From positions 1-13,221 of the forward strand of contig NW_021826316.1 of the NCBI RefSeq assembly GCF_006345805.1: DNA of 13,221 nt, read 5' to 3'. Positions 7,440 to 13,221 of the stretch are shown here, one piece after another. Made by a program: the position numbers and the translations under genes. The first letter of the stretch is position 1; the number at the start of each line of letters is the position of its first letter. The DNA is from Octopus sinensis (lineage: Eukaryota). The notes beneath the pieces are model-generated. The model saw only the letters and a program-made list of their open reading frames with translations, was not told the origin of the DNA and did not search any database.

Positions 7440-7481
7440 GGAGTATGATCAGAGTAGGTCGGTGTATGATCAGAGTAGGTC
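7440..7481. repeat. 21-bp tandem duplication
   Basis: GGAGTATGATCAGAGTAGGTC / GGTGTATGATCAGAGTAGGTC, one mismatch. Confidence 0.9.
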
Positions 7482-7706
7482 TATTTTCTCGGGCCATTTC
7501 GCTGCTCTCCTTAACTTTGCTGGGAAGCAGTACTATCCTTTCTTCACTCACTTTTCTTTTCAAGCGAAACTTGAAGAGAAAAAAAAAAGAAAAATGAAAA
7601 AGTTTTAAAAGCGTTTTCACCCTTGCTTTATACTCAATAAGCAATCAGAGGAACGTTCATTTGCTACCACTCAGAGTGATTTTTTCACACTCCCATACTT
7701 TTTCTA

Positions 7707-7757
7707 CCATGTTATATATATTTGTATATATATATACATATATAATACATATATATA

Positions 7758-7795
<38 letters not shown>
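7707..7795. repeat. (TA)n-rich microsatellite
   Basis: Read directly. Confidence 0.9.
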
Positions 7796-7797
<2 letters not shown>

Positions 7798-7977
7798 TGG
7801 GAAAGTTTTACGAAAATAAACAAAAGATGAAGGCAGGAGGAGTACAACAAACAAATGTATTAGTATAGCGCTCAGGAATAGAAAAAGTCTTTTACGTTTC
7901 GAGCCTACGCTCTTCGACAGAAAGATACACAGAAAAAAACAAGGATGAGAAAAAATGCGTGTAGGAGCTAACGATCT
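7796..7977 (-). mobile_element. Short interspersed repeat within (TA)n, possibly Penelope-like-element derived
   Basis: About 180 bp bounded by (TA)n on both sides and carrying a degenerate minimal hammerhead motif. The family assignment is inference. Confidence 0.45.
7888..7925 (-). ncRNA. Degenerate minimal type I hammerhead-like motif
   Basis: Minus strand: UCUUU-CUGUCGA-A-GAGC GUAG GCUC-GAAA-CG-UA-AAAGA. Helices I and II pair and helix III is palindromic ACGU, but conserved A6 is U. Confidence 0.5.
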
Positions 7978-8198
7978 TATATATATATATATATATATAC
8001 ACTGTGTGAGTCGTCTAAGAGACCACAAGTGAGGGAGAAGATGCACTCGTATAAATGTTAGTAGAGTTGGTATATCGTCTGAATTTTATAGCGTTAATAA
8101 TCCATCAAGGCTGGTCTTATAAATCTGTTTCGCATGAAATTATATAATTTCGCGTGATGGATGATTAACACTATAAAAATCAGACAATATATATATAT

Positions 8199-8240
8199 TG
8201 CGCAAGGATGACACGCAAATTCGTGAAGCGTTCCATATTT
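8199..8240 (+). pseudogene. U6: U6 snRNA 3' fragment (retropseudogene; about nt 64-105 of U6)
   Basis: TGCGCAAGGATGACACGCAAATTCGTGAAGCGTTCCATATTT matches the 3' end of metazoan U6 at 42/42 against the human sequence as I recall it. The 5' 63 nt and any promoter are absent. Confidence 0.95.
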
Positions 8241-8309
8241 CTAAATGGCGGTGCCCCAGCATGGCCACAGCTCATTAGCTGAAACTGAAAAATCAAAATC
8301 AAAAAATCA
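8241..8309 (+). mobile_element. Retroposon 3' tail fused to the U6 fragment
   Basis: CTAAATGGCGGTGCCCCAGCATGGCCACAG..CTGAAAC is homologous to the family B 3' end (CTAAAGGCGGTGCTCCAGCATGGCCGCAG..CTGAAAC), followed by an (AAAATC)n-like tail. Confidence 0.85.
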
Positions 8310-8382
8310 AATATATATATATATTCACACACACACAAATAATATACATATATACATACACACAAACAATACACACACACAC

Positions 8383-8531
8383 ACGACGGGCTTCTTTCAT
8401 TTTCCGTCTACCAAGTTCACTCACAAGGCCTTATAGTACCAGACACTTGCCGAAGGTTTCACGAAGTGGGCACTGAACTCGAAACCAGATCGTCGAAAGG
8501 AAAACTTCTTACCACAAAGCCACGCCTGCGC
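8383..8531 (-). mobile_element. SINE family B, 5' half
   Basis: ACGACGGGCTTCTTTCA..CCGTCTACCAA..CACTCACAAGGC..GACACTTGCC..CTTCTTACCACAAAGCCACGCCTGCGC. Confidence 0.85.
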
Positions 8532-9017
8532 TTATCTAAATTCAAGAGACAAAAACAAAACAGCAAAAACAACTACGAGACAGCACTAATTACTAATTAA
8601 AACACTCCGATTGGAAACCACTGATCTAGAGTGAAATTTGCACAAGGACGTCGCAGTCGCATGGGAAAAATAGTTTCAGTGTGTGTTAACATATTTAAAT
8701 GCAATGAGCATTACGAAAAAAGAAAACTAATTAGAAATAATTACGGAGGGAGGTAAAGACAAGGTTGGTAGATTGAGTGGGAGTGGGGCTTTAAGTACCA
8801 AACTACGTCTGCTTCCCAGGACTATTCCAACGATACTTATTTTCTTTTTAAATTATGGCCACTTGTTTAAAATTTCAGTTTTAAATCTAAGATTTCTATT
8901 GAGTATGGTAAATTAAATTCATCACGCATGCAAATTAGCAGTGGCCGCCTCTTCATAATGTTATGATCCGCTACTATCTTAAAATTTTGCGTTAGATTTT
9001 AATGCGTTCGCGCCGCA

Positions 9018-9265
9018 CACACACACCCACATATATATTATATATATGTGTGTGTGTGTGTATGTGTGTGTGCGTGCATTTATATACACACACCGCATAC
9101 ACTACATGTGTATATTTGTATGTATGGATATATCTCTGTCTCTGCCTGTCTGTCTCTCTCTCTATATATATGCGTGTGTATGTAGTATATATATATATAT
9201 ATAGATTATATATATATATATATATATATAGATTAGATATATATCTATATATATATACACACTAA
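9018..9265. repeat. Compound CA/TA/TG/TC microsatellite tract
   Basis: Read directly. Confidence 0.85.
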
Positions 9266-9463
9266 TACCTACATGCATAGATTCATAGATACATACATAC
9301 ATACAAATCGTTATTTTAACGTCCATTTTTTTCGTGCTTATATGGGTCAATACATACACGTACACATTTACATATACAGACGGACAATAAACGACCACAC
9401 ACACAAGCACGTGCGTGCACGCGCATGTACGCACGCACGCACACATTATGACAGCATAAAATA

Positions 9464-9595
9464 AGGTCAACTTTGCCTTTCTACTGTTCGGAGCTGACAA
9501 AATAATTGTAGAACCAGTCAAAAGGCTGATATCATGAACTGCCCCCGCCCCAACTCTTCCGAAGTTCTGGTCTTGTGCCTATGTTAGAAACAAAA
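9464..9595 (+). mobile_element. Diverged SINE family A, 3' half
   Basis: AGGTCAACTTTGCCTTTC..TTCGGAGCTGACAAAATAA..CTGGTCTTGTGCCTATGTTAGAAAC. Confidence 0.65.
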
Positions 9596-9964
9596 TGTAT
9601 TATTGGATATGTTATACATTATAGATTAGTTTATATCGTATTACATACATAATTGTATATTATATCATATACTTTTAGTACACGCTTGTACACACACACA
9701 CACATACACACGTGTGTGTGTATAATGATTTGGCAAACTGCTGAAGCGAATGAAGAATGTTCTAGAAGCCAATTTTAAACATGGCAGATGTTTTCACCAA
9801 GTCCAGAAAGTGTGTGTGTGTGTGTGTACGTATGAATGTGCGCGCGTATTCGTGCGTGCGTGCGTGTGTATACTCACACACACTTTATGAAAACTCTGTA
9901 GATCATTTCTAAAAAGATCTATTACTGTACAAATACAACACACACACAACACGCAACACCCACA

Positions 9965-10024
9965 TTATATATATATATAATATATACATATATGTATATT
10001 ATATGTATGTATATATATATATAT

Positions 10025-10057
<33 letters not shown>

Positions 10058-10095
10058 GTTGTATGTATGTATGTAATGTATGTATGTATTATATA
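9965..10095. repeat. (TA)n/(TATG)n compound microsatellite
   Basis: Read directly. Confidence 0.9.
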
Positions 10096-10352
10096 TCATA
10101 CAAATATAGATTGAAAAAATTCAATGAAAATAATTTCTTTCTCTTTCTGTTATAAAGGACGAGTTTTTTTTTTTTATTCTGATGAAACATCTGTAAAAAT
10201 TTAGGTCAAAACGAGTTTTTTTATTTTTGTTTTTGTTTAGAGAATATTACTCTAACATACTGGGGAGTTCGTCACATCAGTCTAAATTTCCCGTGGTTTA
10301 TTGATTTCTACACTAGGAAATGATCAAGGTTAAATGAAATGTCATTCTAAAC

Positions 10353-10353
<1 letters not shown>

Positions 10354-10409
<56 letters not shown>
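10354..10409. repeat. (TAA)18 microsatellite
   Basis: Read directly; it lies just beyond the 3' end of the minus-strand SINE and is probably an expanded tail. Confidence 0.95.
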
Positions 10410-10420
10410 GTCCATTCTAC

Positions 10421-10628
10421 TGGAAGCACAAGGCCTCAAATTTTGTGGTCGGGAACTAGTCGATTACATCGACCCCATCGTTTTTTACTGGTACTTAATT
10501 TATCGACCCCGAAAGGATGAAAGGCAAAGTCGACCTCGGTGGAATATGAACTGAGAACGTAGCAAGGGGCGAAATACCGCTAAGCATTTCGTCCAGTGCG
10601 CTAACGATTCTGCCAAATCGCTGCCTTA
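10421..10628 (-). mobile_element. SINE family A, full length
   Basis: TTTATCGACCCCGAAAGGATGAAAGGCAAAGTCGACCTCGG..CCGCTAAGCATTTCGTCC..GCTAACGATTCTGCCA..CGCTGCCTT. Confidence 0.92.
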
Positions 10629-10902
10629 ATAATGATGATGATGATGATGATGATAATGATCTCTTTATTAACCACAAGGGTTTACATTGAGAAAAAATAT
10701 TATGGACAGTACAGGGCAAAACCAAGAAGCTGCTATGATGACATCTGCTAAAAATTACGTAAGAAATTATGAGCAACATTTGAAAACAATCAAATTTTCT
10801 ACAAGTCTAGGAACGTGGTTCTCCTTCAATGAATCTTTTTCTGATTTCGTAACTTTATATCATGAGACGGCTAACGACGAATATTCACTGTTTAATATTG
10901 AT

Positions 10903-11009
10903 TTCAATTTTTGGTACAAGGCCATCAATTTTGGAGGATGATACAAGTCGATTACATCGATCCCAGTCATCAACCGGTACTTATTTTATCGACCCGGAAA
11001 GGATGAAAT
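10903..11009 (-). mobile_element. SINE family A, 5'-truncated
   Basis: TTTTTGGTACAAGGCCA..AGTCGATTACATCGATCCCAG..GGTACTTATTTTATCGACCCGGAAAGGATGAAA. Confidence 0.85.
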
Positions 11010-11054
11010 ATGTAATATTACAATTAGTTTTTAATTATTGTTATTATTATTATT

Positions 11055-11542
11055 GAGTGAGAGAGCAGTGCATGCCATCAAAGTGACACTGGGGTAAATA
11101 TAGACGAAGCCCAGTATACCCATCATGACTACCCGTCTGACAAGGTACACCAGGCACCTGCATCACAACCATTTTGGCGCGACATGGTGGTCTTATATCA
11201 GATAAACAGCGCATGACCTTGCAGGTGGGGCGCAATTAGAATTTTCTTCTGGTCGAGTAGCCCATCCCGCTCAAAAGGTCCCTGAATAAGGGTGTTTAAA
11301 GGAAGTGTTGAACGAAACTCCCATGTTTTCAGAGACTGAATTATTCAAACCCCTAAGAATCCCTCTTAACACATGGCTATGATGCTCCTCCGCTACTTCT
11401 GCTAGTGATCAGAGATGGACATTTCGTCAGCCACTAAGGGACATGCTCAACTGGTTAAGGTCAAGCAAGTGACAAGCAAATCTGTGGTATTGAGCAGAAT
11501 ATTTGCTGTAGCCCATCTTTTATACCAAGACAAAACAATGTA
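11055..11542 (-). mobile_element. Non-coding interspersed repeat, probably the 5'-truncated 3' end of a non-LTR retroposon with an (AAT)n tail
   Basis: About 490-bp GC-richer block ending ..CACTGCTCTCTCACTC-(AAT)n on the minus strand and flanked by (TAT)n. It resembles an abundant Octopus repeat as I recall it; not verified. Confidence 0.55.
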
Positions 11543-11568
11543 TATTATTATTATTATTATTATTATCG

Positions 11569-11797
11569 AAGGGCAGTGAGCTGGCAGAATCATTAGCACG
11601 CTGGATAAAACGCTTAGCGACGTTTCGTCCGTCTTTACGTTCTGTGTTCAAATTCCGCCAAGGTGGGTTGATGAAATAATTACTAATCAAGTACTGAAAT
11701 CGATGTAATTGACTAGATCCTTTATCCTCTGAAAAAAAAAAGAAAAAAAAAAACTACTGTCTCTGTGACAAAATTTGAAACCACTTTAAAAATTATT
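11569..11797 (+). mobile_element. SINE family A, internal deletion, poly-A interruption
   Basis: AAGGGCAGTGAGCTGGCAGAATCATTAGCACG..GTTCAAATTCCGCC..TCGATGTAATTGACTAG..GTGACAAAATTTGAAACC. Confidence 0.82.
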
Positions 11798-11798
11798 G

Positions 11799-12023
11799 AA
11801 GGGTCGCAAGCTGGCATAATCATTGGTACGCCAAAACTAAATGCTAAGCGCCTTTTCGTCTGTCTTTACGTTCTGAGTGTAGATTCTGTCGAGGTTGACA
11901 TTGCCTTTCATTCTTTCGGGGGGTTAATGAAATAAATACCCGTGAAACACTGGGGTCGATGTAACCGACAAATGCTCTCCCATAAAAGATTCAGGTACTT
12001 TACCAAAAGAAGAAAGGATTATT
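11799..12023 (+). mobile_element. SINE family A, diverged
   Basis: AAGGGTCGCAAGCTGGCATAATC..TTACGTTCTGAG..GAGGTTGACATTGCCTTTCATTCTTTCGGGG..CTGGGGTCGATGTAACCGAC. Confidence 0.82.
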
Positions 12024-12026
12024 ACT

Positions 12027-12230
12027 GGCGAGGTGGCAGAATTGTTAGTATGTCGGACAAAATGCTTCTTCTTCCTCTTTACATTCTGAGTTCAAATACC
12101 ATCGAGGTCGACTTTGCATTTCATCCTATCGAAGTCGACAGAATACAGTTCCAATCAAGTGCCGAGATCGATACAATTGACAATCCCTTCCCCTCCAAAA
12201 TTTTGGGCCTTGTGTCTATTGTAGATTTGA
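12027..12230 (+). mobile_element. SINE family A, diverged
   Basis: GGCGAGGTGGCAGAATTGTTAG..CTGAGTTCAAATACC..GAGGTCGACTTTGCATTTCATCCT..AAAATTTTGGGCCTTGTG. Confidence 0.82.
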
Positions 12231-12355
12231 TATTTTCCTTTAAAAAACAAAATTGTCCTTCATTTAATATCTAACTCATTTTAAGTATATATAAAATTAC
12301 ACACCACATACTACTGAATAATATTATATATATATATATATATATAATATATATA

Positions 12356-12630
12356 GGCGCAGGAGTGGCTGTGTGGTAAGAAGCTTGCTTCCAAATCACT
12401 TGGGTACTGTCTTCTACTATAGCGTCAGGCCAACCAAAACCTTGTGAGTGGATTTGGTAGACGGAAACTGAAAGAAGTCTATCGTATAACTTAACGGTTC
12501 GGTAAAAGTGACCGATAGAATAAATACTAGACTTACAAACAATAAGTCCTGGGGGTCGATTTGATCGACTAAAGGCGGTGCTCCAGCATGGCCGCAGTCA
12601 AATGACTGAAACCAGTAAAAGAATAAATGA
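12356..12630 (+). mobile_element. SINE family B with two internal deletions
   Basis: GGCGCAGGAGTGGCTGTGTGGTAAG..GGATTTGGTAGACGGAAACTGAAAGAAG..CTAAAGGCGGTGCTCCAGCATGGCCGCAGTCAAATGACTGAAAC. Confidence 0.92.

Positions 12631-12631
<1 letters not shown>

Positions 12632-12672
<41 letters not shown>
12632..12672. repeat. (TG)n microsatellite
   Basis: Read directly. Confidence 0.95.
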
Positions 12673-12674
<2 letters not shown>

Positions 12675-12820
12675 TACAGTTTTCCGTCTTCCGAATTAAC
12701 TCACAAGGCCAATAATGCCTCGGACTTTTTGTAGAAGACACTTGCTCAAAAAGCTGCACAATGGGACTAAACAAGAAACCACGTGTACGGAAAGCGAGCG
12801 TCTTGAATACATAACCAGGT
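12673..12820 (-). mobile_element. Diverged SINE family B, 5' half
   Basis: CAGTTTTCCGTCT..ACTCACAAGGC..GTAGAAGACACTTGCTCAA..TGGGACTAAAC..GAAACCACGTG. Confidence 0.7.
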
Positions 12821-13221
12821 TATGATTTTTCACATCTATTATGAGTGAACTAATAATTGTTACAACTTCGAGTTTCAGAAAACGTCGAATTACACTGCTA
12901 AAATTTAAAAAGGAACAAACATCGCAGCCGTATCACGTGACTTATTAACAGCGCTGATGTTAGCAGCTAAAGAAATAACGATAATAATAATAAAACGTTA
13001 TTTCATTCAGTTTTCCCTCCAACTTTACAAGCCTTTGCTTTAATGGCCGATAACAATGATACGAATCAAGTTGAACAAAATGGCCACTACAGCGCAATAT
13101 CATCTACTATGAATATTTTATGAATCTTAGTTTGTTTATTGTTATCATTATTAGGATAATTATTGTTGTTTAATTTAAGAAACTCTCTCTCTCTATTTTT
13201 ATTCACTTATTTACATGCACG

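Noticed and set aside
7378-7644. Overlapping 69-76-aa ORFs in GC-balanced sequence
   Set aside because: No recognisable motif or splice signals, and the basic tails come from a poly-A run.
8928-8935. Octamer motif ATGCAAAT
   Set aside because: A single 8-mer is expected by chance in AT-rich DNA, and it is not positioned as an snRNA promoter for the U6 fragment.
9729-9810. Open frame FGKLLKRMKNVLEANFKHGRCFHQVQK before GTGTGT
   Set aside because: There is no AG acceptor, and the donor is supplied by a microsatellite.
10179-10200. CTGATGA motifs here and CTGAAGA at about 2810 on the + strand
   Set aside because: Neither is followed by a helix II plus GAAA.
10687-10941. 84-aa ORF
   Set aside because: No homology was recognised, and both ends run into SINE tail fragments.

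Overview
AT-rich, microsatellite-dense, non-coding animal DNA. The tRNA-derived SINE families resemble those of Octopus, so a coleoid cephalopod is my inference. No intact protein-coding gene is supported; the supplied ORFs are mostly microsatellite or SINE read-throughs. The window holds many copies of two tRNA-derived SINE families (called A and B here), two related hAT-type MITEs with 8-bp TSDs, a Helitron 3' end with a decayed helicase C-terminus, an RTE-like LINE fragment and an 880-bp (CGTA)n/(TATG)n array. The most interesting signals are as follows. (1) Three type I hammerhead-ribozyme-like motifs lie on the minus strand at 4351, 5357 and 7888. One has a perfect core whose missing helix-I partner lies about 150 nt upstream, as expected for an integrated unit-length circular RNA. 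Another carries the compensatory U3-A8 pair inside a foldback/MITE composite. (2) A U6 snRNA 3' fragment is fused to a retroposon 3' tail and flanked by a likely TSD. All alignments and folds were done by eye, and family comparisons are from memory.
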